Source of the DNA: Chloroflexota bacterium | GTDB taxonomy: Bacteria; Chloroflexota; UBA11872 | DNA length: 64,000 bases | Assembly (NCBI GenBank): GCA_026708035.1 | Contig: JAPOVQ010000001.1 | Location: forward strand, 151,970-215,969 | Reading direction: 5' to 3' | Part shown: positions 17,673-29,317 of the stretch, piece after piece | Layout: each line of letters opens with the position of its first letter | Numbering within the stretch: the first letter of the stretch is position 1 | Position numbers and translations under genes: made by a program | Notes under the pieces: generated by a model | Seen by the model: the letters and a program-made list of their open reading frames with translations, nothing else | Told to the model about the DNA's origin: nothing | The model's database searches: none

Positions 17673-18870
17673 CGTGACCACGCCCGCAGGCCTGCGAAGC
17701 CGCGTGTATCAGGTCATGCCGGGCGCCGGTACGACCGAGGTCGATTCGGCCAGCTATCGCGCCCTGCGCCAGATTGTGCCGCGCAGCGCTCCCGTGACCA
17801 CGCTGGGATCGCCGCCTCCCTTGCACCAACTCGTCGCCATTAGCGCACTTGCCGATCACGAGATCTTGCAGTCCTCGATCGCGCTCCCGGCGGAGCGCGC
17901 CACGCTCACGCCACAAATTCAGACCATGGCCGACTTGCCGCTGCGCGGGGTGGTCGTACTCGCCGAGCCGCTCGAACCGACTGCGCTGGGCGTGTCACGC
18001 GACGAGGCGCTGTGGGCCGGGCATGGACTGCGGGCCTACGACCTCGCGACGGCGTGGTCGCCGGTCTGGCGCATCGGGTCCGACGGCGCGGGACTGCCGG
18101 GACCGCAGCAAGCCGTCTGCGAGTCGGCAGACGGCGAGGTTGATCTGTACCTGCTCGGCGAGCCTGGGTCGCGGGTGACGGCCGGTTCGGTGGAAACAGT
18201 GCTCACCGGGCTGCCGCAGGTGGTCGCGCTCGCGGTCCCGGATTGCGGCGCGCTAAGCCTGAGCGCCCGCACAAACATTCCGCCGTTTGCGCAGATTCGA
18301 CCGAGTCGCGCGGGCCCAAGCGTGGATCGCCAGGCGCCCAGCGCCGGGCTTGGCTTCGACGGCGGCGTCGACGGCGAGCGCGCGGTGCTCAACTTCTGGT
18401 TCCGCAATCCCGAGGACATTGCCTTCACGACAGGAACCGAGTTTCGCCTCTACGAAGCCAGTCCGCTCGGGGTGGACCTCCAGCCCGACAATCCGAACCC
18501 GCGGACTGCGTCGCTGCGGTGGTGGCCAGGTCCCGTGGCGCTGCGGGCGCCCGAGCAGATCGCCCGAATCGAGTTTGACGCCCGGCGCCTCGAGATCAAC
18601 GGCGATACGGGCGGCGGCGCGGCGACCAGCCTCATGCCCGAGAAAACCTACCTGCTGACGCTGAACGTGGTGGGCACGGACCCGCGCTACGGCCTGGTGG
18701 AGATCCAGCACGTCGTACCCGTGGCGCGCGTGGTGGTGGGTGAGACCGGTGTGGCCTACGAGGTGCTTTCCGGGATCGTCACCATCGAGCACCATGCGCC
18801 GGGCTCAATTTACCAGCGCACGGGCTACGACGGTGGGCTCGGCAGGGACGCAACCCTCAGGCCGCGCTAG
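17170..18870 (+). CDS. large extracytoplasmic domain protein (hypothetical); possibly the frameshifted continuation of the 15804 membrane protein
   Basis: Begins with a TM-like segment (WPWCLVALLVLVPTGLP) encoded by the same nucleotides as the tail of the upstream ORF, followed by a ~540-aa non-repetitive soluble domain. Confidence 0.45.
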   Translation: MRCGGRCTGAWPWCLVALLVLVPTGLPRAAAGVQLALKDLEIVDPAADDSGHHYRDRTSWGWEIEASWELYTWLRDNLPTEARLLTPRPHISASAAGVASPLSHRDQQMFVGTHTTWVYEDGLRFLHRDDLLDMGITHLHLTDATAANLDPSAKRLLDDPSHFRLLTDVTTPAGLRSRVYQVMPGAGTTEVDSASYRALRQIVPRSAPVTTLGSPPPLHQLVAISALADHEILQSSIALPAERATLTPQIQTMADLPLRGVVVLAEPLEPTALGVSRDEALWAGHGLRAYDLATAWSPVWRIGSDGAGLPGPQQAVCESADGEVDLYLLGEPGSRVTAGSVETVLTGLPQVVALAVPDCGALSLSARTNIPPFAQIRPSRAGPSVDRQAPSAGLGFDGGVDGERAVLNFWFRNPEDIAFTTGTEFRLYEASPLGVDLQPDNPNPRTASLRWWPGPVALRAPEQIARIEFDARRLEINGDTGGGAATSLMPEKTYLLTLNVVGTDPRYGLVEIQHVVPVARVVVGETGVAYEVLSGIVTIEHHAPGSIYQRTGYDGGLGRDATLRPR

Positions 18871-19095
18871 GCGGTGGGGGCTCCCGCCGCGGAGTCCCCG
18901 CGTCCTTACACTCTCCTCCTGGGGAAGACGAACGGGACCTCCGTCGCCCTGGATGCGGATGCCCGCGGTCTCCCGCCATCGAACCGCGTTCAGTCTCCCG
19001 GCCCCCGCGATGGTGGACGGACGTCGAGAACATTTCACGCACCGCTGCCGTGGTACCGTTCAAGCCCAGCCCCGGCGCCTTTCGTGCGGGGGCGC

Positions 19096-19167
19096 GGCGG
19101 AGTAGCTCAGAGGTAGAGCAGGGGACTCATAAGCCCTTGGCCGCAGGTTCGATTCCTGCCTCCGCTA
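19096..19167 (+). tRNA. tRNA-Met (anticodon CAT)
   Basis: Acceptor GGCGGAG/CTCCGCT; D-arm GCTCAGAGGTAGAGC; anticodon loop CTCATAA; T-arm GCAGGTTCGATTCCTGC. Confidence 0.75.
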
Positions 19168-19174
19168 CCGGCCG

Positions 19175-19258
19175 GCCGAGGTGGTGAAACTGGCAGACAC
19201 GCAGTCCTCAGGAGGCTGTGAGCAACCGCTCGTGCGGGTTCGAATCCCGCCCTCGGCA
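19175..19258 (+). tRNA. tRNA-Leu (anticodon CAG), class II
   Basis: Acceptor GCCGAGG/CCTCGGC; anticodon stem CAGTC/GGCTG with loop CTCAGGA; long variable arm; T-arm GCGGGTTCGAATCCCGC. Confidence 0.85.
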
Positions 19259-19431
19259 CCGCGATCTGCAATTCGCGCGGCGAGGCTCATCCTCGCAGCC
19301 GCTGCCCTAGCTTTTCCGAGCGATTCCGAGGGTGTGGCCCGCCCGCTTGCACATTGGCATGCGTCAATCCGAGCGTCCCGCCGTCCCCCAACCCACATCG
19401 ACATACGCCGGACCGCCAAGTTGAATTGGCC

Positions 19432-19758
19432 TCATTCAAGACCGACCACTCGATCCTCAAGCAGTCCCAGATCAACATCGAAGTAATAGTCTAGAATATA
19501 TCGGAAGTGATTGACGGGTGTAATGGAAGGATACAGACCCTCATTACCACCGTTCGGCAAGTAAAATGCGGACAAAATATAGTGCTTCACTATTCCTGGT
19601 CTATTGAGGCCATGATCAGCCGTAATGACGATAATTGGATTCTGATCGCTCGATTGTAGAATGCCATCGACCATTCGCAACACCAACGAGTTGATATAGA
19701 TCACTTGCCCAATATATGGCTCAGGAACACTCGGGTCATGATTGCGTCTGAACGCCAC
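19432..19758 (-). CDS. C-terminal continuation of the same sulfatase domain (same frame, beyond the in-frame TAG)
   Basis: Same reading frame as 19792..21690. Contains the sulfatase C-terminal motif IVITADHGLN. The 11 codons between the TAG and this ORF's first GTG read HGNFIEADTST in frame. Confidence 0.55.
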   Translation of the reverse strand: MAFRRNHDPSVPEPYIGQVIYINSLVLRMVDGILQSSDQNPIIVITADHGLNRPGIVKHYILSAFYLPNGGNEGLYPSITPVNHFRYILDYYFDVDLGLLEDRVVGLE

Positions 19759-19791
19759 AGTCGAGGTGTCAGCCTCAATGAAATTGCCGTG

Positions 19792-21690
19792 CTAATCAAA
19801 CGTCGCCGGACCGTGTGGCTTGTTGATGTGTGCAAATACAAATTTTGGACCGTCTACATCAATAGGATTTGTTAGGAACTCAAACATCTCAAGGGTGCGG
19901 AGCGATGACCAAAAGCTATAGGGGGTGGAATCGCCAAGCAAGAATCGGTTGCCAACAATCGGTTTCAGAATTGTAGTATTGATGAGCGAACCGATGAATC
20001 TGATTGAAACCACAGATTGACTTGGCGCTCCCTCTGAAGCCACGAATCCGCCCGAGCGATCAGTGGCGCGTACGCCGGCAGGTGAAAATGTGACGATGAC
20101 GTCGGCGAGCGGCGAATCGCTCGTGTAGCGGAATCCCGATTCAAGATGCACATATGTGTACCCGAGGTTCTTCAGGATCGCGCCAAGCGCATGGCTCTCG
20201 GTGAGACTGACCAAGTCGTTACCACGTTCCGGCAAGAGTCGTTTGATTTCGTCCGCATAGGACATGTTGAGAATTGAAGGTATTGACGGAACGGAGTGCC
20301 GATAGTTGCTGACGGCCTCCGATGCCACGTAGAAACCTCGACGCTCAAGTTCGCGCAGAAAGCCAGTGTTATCGAACTCCCCGAGCCCTGCATCCCGCGT
20401 GTACGAATCGAGGATGAGGTAGTAGATGTCGGGACGGTCTCCGCTCACAGTCGGCAGGCCGGATGGAAGCAAGCGGGCCGCAAGATCTTCCGCCGATTCG
20501 GACTCCGACGCCGACGGCCGTGCAATCGCCGCCGCAATGCCGCCGGCGAGGCTTGCGACCGGGAAGACAAGCAAGACGGCGGCTGTGAGATTCAGCAGTT
20601 GCGTCCCCCGAGCGGCCAACAAACCAGCCCGTATGGCCATCACGACCGCTCCCGCGGCGAGTACAACCGCACCCGCAAAGAGCGCACGTTCGTCCAGGAT
20701 TCCATCGAGCGCGCGCGCGATGTGGCCGTACGCAAAAGCGACGACCGTGACGCCGGCCGTCGCGGCAGCGGGCCGGTGCCAATCCTTGAGAAGCAGTCGC
20801 AGGCTGACGACGCCGCCGGTCACCACCGCCAAGGCAACGGCCAGCGGAAGGACGGCCTCGATTGGGGCGAAGTGCACCGGGTTGCTGGTCAGGAAATGCA
20901 GGATCGGGATCGCCGCGGCCGGCCACGGATACCAGGGCGTCGCCAGCACACGGCCGACCAACGTCGGCGTGTCGCCGGTACCCGAATCGGCGCCCGGTCC
21001 TTCGAGACGCCTCAGCCGCCTCACCGGTCGCTGGATCCCATGCCATGCGGCCATCCCCAGGCGCCGAAACGCCGCCAAGACGCGGGGATGCGAGAGAGTC
21101 ACCAGCACACTCAGTAGGACAGACAGGGCGAGTCGACTCCGCGCGGCTGGTTCACCGACAAGCGCGGCGCGCAGCCCGCTGCCGGTCTCGACATGCGCAA
21201 CGACCAACGGTCCGTCGCTGGAATCCGGGACCCCGTTCACCATCGCGTTCGCAATCCCATGCTGCGAGGCGGCCAGCCGATAGATCACGTAGTACTGCTC
21301 GGGCAACTGCACTTGAAGTTGCAACAGCAGCCGCTGGCCCTCCGGCACGGCATAGCTGGGAAAGGTGAGTGTGCGCGGGACCGGGATATAGCTTGGCGTG
21401 GCCTCGATGAACGTTTGTCGCAGCACTTCGCGGGTGGCGGCATCCACCAGCGAGGCCCGCACGGTCACGTCATCCCCGTCGGGCTCCGCTGACACCCAAA
21501 TCTGAAAGCGCCCCACGATCCCTCTCACGGGACCGAGGTCCTGCTGCACGCCCCATCCCGGCCAAGCGATCAAGACGTCGTCCGCGGGCTCGCCGCTCGA
21601 GACGGTCGTATAAGTCACCTGGGGCACGAGGCTGGCCCAGACCCCAAGCGCCGCCAGCGCAATGGCGAGCCAGAGCGACCTAGTGAGCAC
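19792..21690 (-). CDS. membrane-anchored sulfatase/LtaS-like (alkaline-phosphatase superfamily) protein, N-terminal 632 aa up to an in-frame TAG
   Basis: Signal peptide, ~190-aa extracytoplasmic domain and ~5 TM helices, then a sulfatase domain starting DIYYLILDSYTRD and ending …HINKPHGPATFD at the TAG (19792..19794). Confidence 0.6.
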   Translation of the reverse strand: MLTRSLWLAIALAALGVWASLVPQVTYTTVSSGEPADDVLIAWPGWGVQQDLGPVRGIVGRFQIWVSAEPDGDDVTVRASLVDAATREVLRQTFIEATPSYIPVPRTLTFPSYAVPEGQRLLLQLQVQLPEQYYVIYRLAASQHGIANAMVNGVPDSSDGPLVVAHVETGSGLRAALVGEPAARSRLALSVLLSVLVTLSHPRVLAAFRRLGMAAWHGIQRPVRRLRRLEGPGADSGTGDTPTLVGRVLATPWYPWPAAAIPILHFLTSNPVHFAPIEAVLPLAVALAVVTGGVVSLRLLLKDWHRPAAATAGVTVVAFAYGHIARALDGILDERALFAGAVVLAAGAVVMAIRAGLLAARGTQLLNLTAAVLLVFPVASLAGGIAAAIARPSASESESAEDLAARLLPSGLPTVSGDRPDIYYLILDSYTRDAGLGEFDNTGFLRELERRGFYVASEAVSNYRHSVPSIPSILNMSYADEIKRLLPERGNDLVSLTESHALGAILKNLGYTYVHLESGFRYTSDSPLADVIVTFSPAGVRATDRSGGFVASEGAPSQSVVSIRFIGSLINTTILKPIVGNRFLLGDSTPYSFWSSLRTLEMFEFLTNPIDVDGPKFVFAHINKPHGPATFD

Positions 21691-21858
21691 AGGTCACCCG
21701 CAACCACCGACAGGCGCGGAAGGCTCGACCCAGCGGGGCGGGCGTGACCGGAAACGAACGCGGGGCGCCGGAGATCCCCGTCTTGCGCTGGTCGTGAGTC
21801 TCGTCCACAGTATGTCGGTAGTGTCGGCCACCGAAGCCAAAGATCATAGCGGGGTGCC

Positions 21859-22146
21859 GTGGCTTTGAATGCCCGTCCATCACGACCGCCGATGGCACGT
21901 GCGCCGGTTGGCGCCCTAGCCGCCGTCTTGGTTGCCTTCCAGATCGTGCGGCTCGCCGGTCGCAGCTACATCGATCCCGGCAGCGGCAGCTTCGCGATCC
22001 AGATCATCATTGCGGCCGTGCTCGGCGGGCTCCTATCGGCACGGCTGTGGTTTCGGTACGTGTTTGGACGAATCATCGGGTGGTTTCGACGGTCGATGCC
22101 GGAGGCGAGCCCGCCGGCCGAGGAGGCCAGCCGAGAGGACGGATGA
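21859..22146 (+). CDS. small hydrophobic protein (hypothetical)
   Basis: 95-aa ORF with two hydrophobic segments (GALAAVLVAFQIV…IIIAAVLGGLL). Confidence 0.25.
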   Translation: MALNARPSRPPMARAPVGALAAVLVAFQIVRLAGRSYIDPGSGSFAIQIIIAAVLGGLLSARLWFRYVFGRIIGWFRRSMPEASPPAEEASREDG

Positions 22147-23549
22147 CCGCCGATCCTGACGCGCGCCTGCCGGGGTCGTTCCGCGATCCGGCGGGGTTCA
22201 TGTTCCGGCGCGACGGCGAGTTCCTGCGACAGGTCAACCAGTCCTACGAGTCGACGTTCCGCACCCTGATGGACTCGGGGCTGTATGCCAGCCTCGTCGA
22301 CGACGGTCTGCTCATTCCGCACGAGACCGTCGACCCGAACCTGGCGGCCGAGCCGGGCGCCGTGGCCGTCTTGCGGCCCGAGCAGCTGACGTTCGTCTCC
22401 TATCCGTTTGAGTGGTCGTTCTCGCAGCTGAAGGCCGCGGCGCTCGCCACCTTGCACGTGCAGCGCCGCGCGCTGGACCACGGCCTGTCGCTGAAGGACG
22501 CGAGCGCGCGCAACATCCAATTGCACGCGGGTCGTCCGATGCTCATCGACACCCTGTCGTTCGAGCCTTACGAGCCGGGGTATCCGTGGGTGGGCTATCG
22601 GCAGTTTTGCCAGCACTTCCTGGCTCCGCTGGCGGTCATGGCCTCCACCGACGCACGCTTGAGCGGCCTGCTGCAGAGTCACCTGGACGGCCTGCCGCTC
22701 GACCTGGCCGCGCGGCTGCTGCCCTGGCGCTCGCGGCTGCGAACCGGCCTGTTGATGCATCTCCACCTGCACAGCCGGGCGCAAGCGCGCGCGGCTTCGG
22801 CCAGCCGGAAGCGCGCCGACCTGGCCGGGCGCATGAGCCGACGACGGCTCGACGCCTTGCTGGACAGCCTGGAGTCGACGGTGCGCCGGATTTCGTGGAA
22901 CCCGGACGACACGCCCTGGGCCGGATATGGCGACCAGACGAGCTATTCCGGGCGCGCCCTGGCCGACAAGAAACGCCTGGTGGCCGAATACCTCGCCACC
23001 GTCTCGGTGGAATCGGTGTGGGACATCGGCGGCAACACGGGCGACTTCAGCCGGCTTGCCGCCGCTCGCGGCGTTTCGGTGGTGTCAATCGACAGCGACC
23101 CTGGTGCGGTGGACGTGAACTACCGGCGCATGGCCGCGGCTGGAGAAGCCAATCTCATTCCGATCGTGGCGGACATCACGAATCCCAGCCCCTCGCTTGG
23201 GTGGGACAACCGCGAGATCGCCTCGCTCACGGCGCGGGGACCGGCTGGGCTGGTGATGGCGCTGGCGCTGATTCACCACGTGGCAGTCGGCAACAACACC
23301 GGCTTCGACCGCCTGGCGCGGTTTTTCGCGGCGCTGGGGCCAAAGCTCCTGATCGAGTTCGTCCCGCCCGACGATCCCATGGCGGTTGGCCTGGTGGCGA
23401 TGCGGAACCACGACTTCCCCTGGTACACGCAGCCCGAATTCGAGTCGGCTTTCGGCCGCCACTTCGAGGTCCAGCGGTCGGATGCGATCGAGGACTCGAA
23501 ACGCCGGCTCTATCTGATGACCGCGCGCCGTGAGGGAGATTCTGAATGA
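22143..23549 (+). CDS. class I SAM-dependent methyltransferase with N-terminal domain of unknown function
   Basis: C-terminal Rossmann MTase motifs (VWDIGGNTGDFS … VVSIDSD … IVADITNP). Start taken at MTADPDARLPG. Confidence 0.6.
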   Translation: MTADPDARLPGSFRDPAGFMFRRDGEFLRQVNQSYESTFRTLMDSGLYASLVDDGLLIPHETVDPNLAAEPGAVAVLRPEQLTFVSYPFEWSFSQLKAAALATLHVQRRALDHGLSLKDASARNIQLHAGRPMLIDTLSFEPYEPGYPWVGYRQFCQHFLAPLAVMASTDARLSGLLQSHLDGLPLDLAARLLPWRSRLRTGLLMHLHLHSRAQARAASASRKRADLAGRMSRRRLDALLDSLESTVRRISWNPDDTPWAGYGDQTSYSGRALADKKRLVAEYLATVSVESVWDIGGNTGDFSRLAAARGVSVVSIDSDPGAVDVNYRRMAAAGEANLIPIVADITNPSPSLGWDNREIASLTARGPAGLVMALALIHHVAVGNNTGFDRLARFFAALGPKLLIEFVPPDDPMAVGLVAMRNHDFPWYTQPEFESAFGRHFEVQRSDAIEDSKRRLYLMTARREGDSE

Positions 23550-23589
23550 TTCCTCGCAATGGGCACCCGACGCCAAGCATCTCGCGCGA

Positions 23590-23670
23590 CTCCAGATTCG
23601 ACCGGACTGGATTCCGGCCTCCGCCGGAATGACGGAGGGATTGCGCAAGGGTCTCCTGCGATTGGAAAAG
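23590..23670 (+). repeat. dispersed palindromic intergenic repeat, copy 3
   Basis: CCAGATTCGACCGGACTGGATTCCGGCCTCCGCCGGAATGACGGAGGGATTGCGCAAGGGTCTCC, lying between convergent genes. Confidence 0.8.
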
Positions 23671-23687
23671 GTCTAGTCAGAGCTTTC

Positions 23688-24857
23688 CTAGGCCGGTGGC
23701 GAGAAGAGGTAGCGGTACACGGCCCCTTGCCAGAAGTGGTCCGCCACCTCGCCCAGGCGGGTGAGGTAGATCTCGATATCCAGCGTCTCGCGGTCTTCGA
23801 GGATGTTGAAATTCGAGAGCTGCAGGGCCTCGGGCTCGTTCGGGCCGCGGTCGTCGACGAGACGCAGGCTGTCGCGCCGCACCGCCGGGCCATCCTCGTC
23901 GATCTCGGCGATGTAGAGGGGGTAGCGCGGGCTGTTGCCGTCGGGCGGCTCCTGGGTGATGTTGGCGAGCCAGTAGAGCTTCCCGTTGCGCTCCGAACGG
24001 ATGAAGCGATGGATGCTGGACGGGGAATAGAACCGGGAGCCGTCGTCGTAGCGCAGCTCCTGAAACGGCGAGAAGCCGCGGCCGCCGTCGTCGGAGACGC
24101 TGAACCACTTGCGCCCTGGGGTCGTGGCGGTGTGGCTGGCACGGACGACGGTGAGCAGGCGGCCATCACGCAGCACGGCGACCTCCGGCTCGAGCACCCC
24201 GCGCGAGGAGCGCTCCCACCCGAGGAACTCGATGTTCGAGGCCTGCCATTCGCTCGACTGGGGCTCGCGGCGCATGACGACCAGCCCGCCGCTGGCGTGT
24301 GCGGCCTCTAGCTCAGCAGGGTGCGCCACCAGGGGCAGATAGGCCGTGCCGTCGGGTGCGATGGTGATGGCCTGTCCCGGATAGGCACGGTTGGTCGCGC
24401 AGAAGTCGGCGTCAAACGGATTCTCGGGATCGAATTCCGGCCCTTCCTCATACCGGAGCAGCGTTTCGGGCTCGTCGTCGGCCCAGGCGAAGGCATGGTC
24501 GTTGCACGGGTGCCGGTGGGACCCCCACGCATGGGTATAGGCCGGTAGGCCGGGCCAGATCCGGCGCATACGTATCTGGTAGCGCCGGTTGCGGGCGCGG
24601 TCGACGTAGATGCCGGGCAGATAGGTGACGATGCCGCCGCCTTCGAGATCCTTCACGACGCCGGGAAGCGTTTCGCGCTCGGTCCAGGTGCGGCCGTTGT
24701 CGGGCGAGGTGCGTTCCTCGAACTCGTGGTATTCGTCCGAAGCGCTGCTGGTTTGAAATCGTTCGAGTCGGGTGAGGCCGGCGTCGATATAGCAGACCGA
24801 ATGCCACTGGGCGATGTCCTCGCCGGCGGCAGGCAGATAGCGTTCACGGGGCAGCAT
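23688..24857 (-). CDS. BNR/Asp-box repeat protein (sialidase/glycosyl hydrolase-like beta-propeller)
   Basis: Asp-box SPDNGRTW (S-x-D-x-G-x-T-W) and a second degenerate box SVSDDGGRGF; 389 aa. Confidence 0.55.
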   Translation of the reverse strand: MLPRERYLPAAGEDIAQWHSVCYIDAGLTRLERFQTSSASDEYHEFEERTSPDNGRTWTERETLPGVVKDLEGGGIVTYLPGIYVDRARNRRYQIRMRRIWPGLPAYTHAWGSHRHPCNDHAFAWADDEPETLLRYEEGPEFDPENPFDADFCATNRAYPGQAITIAPDGTAYLPLVAHPAELEAAHASGGLVVMRREPQSSEWQASNIEFLGWERSSRGVLEPEVAVLRDGRLLTVVRASHTATTPGRKWFSVSDDGGRGFSPFQELRYDDGSRFYSPSSIHRFIRSERNGKLYWLANITQEPPDGNSPRYPLYIAEIDEDGPAVRRDSLRLVDDRGPNEPEALQLSNFNILEDRETLDIEIYLTRLGEVADHFWQGAVYRYLFSPPA

Positions 24858-24899
24858 GAGTGAGTTCCGGCGCGTGGATTCGGGGAGCGTAGCGGGCGG

Positions 24900-25346
24900 C
24901 TAGGTCACCTCGCCACCGAGGCGGGCGAGGGCCGCCTTCCAGTAGGCGCGCTTGGCTTCGACGTCGGCGCGGTCCGCGAGCTTTGAGTGCTGCACCACGA
25001 CCTGGCTCTTTGACAAACCCTTGGGATAGAAGGCCACCTCGACGTGGGTGACGCCGTCGACCCAGGTGATGCGAAGCGACTTGTTGGGGCGCGCGGTGCG
25101 GATGTGGGGCTCGTCGTCGCCGAGCCAGCGCCGGCGGGTTTCCTCAACCGTCCAAGCCTCGTAGAGCGTCTCGGCGGCGACCGGCAGCGTCTTGCTCACG
25201 CTCACCTGGTAGCCGCGGGGCGTCTGGTGCTCCTCGCGCAGGCCGCGGATGCGCTCGTAGCCCACGGTGACTTCCTGGCTCCACCAGGGCGGGACGTCGT
25301 GGTGGTCGCGCAGATAGGCGGCGATGGCCGTGTGGCCGATGGCCAT
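24900..25346 (-). CDS. SRPBCC/AHSA1-like small protein (hypothetical)
   Basis: 148 aa; the fold assignment is tentative, from overall pattern only. Confidence 0.35.
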   Translation of the reverse strand: MAIGHTAIAAYLRDHHDVPPWWSQEVTVGYERIRGLREEHQTPRGYQVSVSKTLPVAAETLYEAWTVEETRRRWLGDDEPHIRTARPNKSLRITWVDGVTHVEVAFYPKGLSKSQVVVQHSKLADRADVEAKRAYWKAALARLGGEVT

Positions 25347-25637
25347 GCCGCCGGCGGCGTCCAGGATGGCGCACCATTCGTCCCAGGTCTTGCCGGTCTT
25401 GGCGGCGACGGCGGCGTCGCTGACGGGCGGCTTGGCGATGGCTGTCTTCCTCGTCAGGGATGGTTGGCGGAGATTGACCGTACGGTTGGCCCGCGCTGGC
25501 CGTCAACGGACTCCGCAGGGGATGAATGGGCTTCCGAAGAACGGAATCTGGCCACAGGCACTCCCCCAATCCGTTCCGAGCCTGACCACCCATGCCCGAC
25601 GGATTGTCCGAGTTCCAAACTGAGCCGAGCTCTCGGA

Positions 25638-27521
<1,884 letters not shown>

Positions 27522-27522
27522 G

Positions 27523-27957
27523 CTAAACGCCCGGCAACGGCTTCCGGTTGTCGAAGCCCTCGTCGGTGCCGTGCCAGTAGGCGATGTCCTCTTCGCCGAG
27601 ACGCCAGCAGAGGTAGCAGTCCTCGCCGTCGATCTCCGAAAGGAAGTCGATCAGCCCGGTGGCGGGGTCGCGCAGCAGGATGTCGCGGGCGCGCAGCCAA
27701 GCCACCAGCGGCTGGACGTCCCACAGCCCGGCGATGAGGCGCTGGTGGGCCAGGCTCACGTCCACCGCGCCGGCGTCGGATTCCTGGACGCGCTCGAAGG
27801 CCTGACGGTCGGGGTCGGCTTCCAGCCAGATGCGACGCAGTTTCGCCAGCACGGGCCGCGCCTCGACCAACATCTCGTTGGCCTCGCTCAGCGTGTAGTG
27901 GCGAAGCTCCGGCTCTTCGGGCTCGTCGCCGTGCAGCGCTTCGGGTTCGTCATGCAT
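27523..27957 (-). CDS. conserved hypothetical protein (acidic, ~144 aa)
   Basis: The C-terminal 144 aa of ORF 27523..28605 (from MHDEPEALHG…) looks like real coding sequence; the upstream part of that ORF is Arg/Pro junk overlapping folC. Confidence 0.4.
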   Translation of the reverse strand: MHDEPEALHGDEPEEPELRHYTLSEANEMLVEARPVLAKLRRIWLEADPDRQAFERVQESDAGAVDVSLAHQRLIAGLWDVQPLVAWLRARDILLRDPATGLIDFLSEIDGEDCYLCWRLGEEDIAYWHGTDEGFDNRKPLPGV

Positions 27958-29317
27958 CGTCGGCCGCAGTATGGCGCAGCGGCCACATGGTGCGCTGCCG
28001 CTCGATCTCCTCCGTGGGATACCAGCGCGACCGGATATTGCCCGCCAGGTAGAGCGAGCCCGCCACGAGCACGCGTCCGCCCGGAGGACAGATCTCCAGG
28101 GCGCGATCCAGGGCTCGCAGTGGGTCGGGCTCGGCGGCGACCGCCGGATACCCGGCCTCGCCGCCGGCCTGGGCGGCGACCGCCGCGGACGTGGGCGGTT
28201 TGCCCAAGACCTGGGGCTCAGTGGCGATCCACGTTCGGACCGTGGGCCACAGGGGGCCGAGGACGGCGGCGGGTGACCGGTAGCCCACCGTACCCGCCAC
28301 CAGCACGCCGGCTTCGGGTGAGCATTCGCGCCGCCACAGGGCGGCCAGGGCGCGGGCCTTGTCTGGATTGTGGGCGCCGTCGAGGATGACGGCGGGGCCA
28401 TCGGGGGACGGCATGCGTTCGTAGCGTCCGGGGAGAGCGCCCGCTCGAGCGGCGTCGCGCGCGGCGCCGTCAATTCGAGCGAATCCTCTCGCCGCGAGTG
28501 CATCGAGGGCCGCTTCCGCCAGGTGATCATTCGTCGCGCGGAAGTCGCCGGGGGCCGTCGGTCCGACTTCGATGAGGGGCGCCCCGGCGCGCTGCACCTC
28601 GTCAATCACCACCGTCCGCGCCGCCGGCGGCATCTCGCCGATGACCGTAGGCACCTCCGGTCGTGCGATGCCGGCCTTGTGCCAGGCGATGTCGGACAGC
28701 GACGGCCCCAGGCTCTTCTCGTGGTCCATCCCGACAGTGGTGATCACGTTGAGCAGCGGGTCGCAGACGTTGGTGAGATCGAACCGTCCGCCCGCGCCCA
28801 CCTCGAGAACCAAGACGTCCACCCCGGCGCGGCGGAAGTATTCGAACGTCAGCGCCACCCAGACCATGCCGTAGGTCGGCGGCTGCCGGGGATCGGCGCG
28901 CTCGACGACCGGTCGGATCCACGCCGCCAGATCGGCCAGCTCCCGGGGCCGGGCCAGCCGACCGTCGAGCCAAAACTTCTCCAGCGGCGTCTGCAGATAG
29001 GGGGTGACGTGCAGGCCGGCCACATAGCCGGCGGCCCGCAGTCCCTCCGCGATCTTGACTGCGACCGAGCCCTTGCCCGAGGTTCCCGCCACCAGCACCA
29101 CGGGCAGGTCAGTCTGAGGGTTACCCTGCGCATCGAGGAAGCGACGCATCCGCGCCAGGCGTTCGTGGCCTCGCCGGCGTTGTTGAGAAGGCGCGCGAGG
29201 CTGCGTGGGGCCGGCGGGACCGCGGATGAGGCCGTTGATATAGCCGGCGGCCGCACGGCCGGCTGCCAACTCCTCCGTGTCGACCGGCGCGGTCGGCCCG
29301 GGTCGCGGTTCACTCAT
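27950..29317 (-). CDS. folC: folylpolyglutamate synthase / dihydrofolate synthase
   Basis: Mur-ligase P-loop VVLVAGTSGKGSV and DGAHNP motif. Start taken at MSEPRPG (codon 29315..29317). Confidence 0.75.
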   Translation of the reverse strand: MSEPRPGPTAPVDTEELAAGRAAAGYINGLIRGPAGPTQPRAPSQQRRRGHERLARMRRFLDAQGNPQTDLPVVLVAGTSGKGSVAVKIAEGLRAAGYVAGLHVTPYLQTPLEKFWLDGRLARPRELADLAAWIRPVVERADPRQPPTYGMVWVALTFEYFRRAGVDVLVLEVGAGGRFDLTNVCDPLLNVITTVGMDHEKSLGPSLSDIAWHKAGIARPEVPTVIGEMPPAARTVVIDEVQRAGAPLIEVGPTAPGDFRATNDHLAEAALDALAARGFARIDGAARDAARAGALPGRYERMPSPDGPAVILDGAHNPDKARALAALWRRECSPEAGVLVAGTVGYRSPAAVLGPLWPTVRTWIATEPQVLGKPPTSAAVAAQAGGEAGYPAVAAEPDPLRALDRALEICPPGGRVLVAGSLYLAGNIRSRWYPTEEIERQRTMWPLRHTAADDA

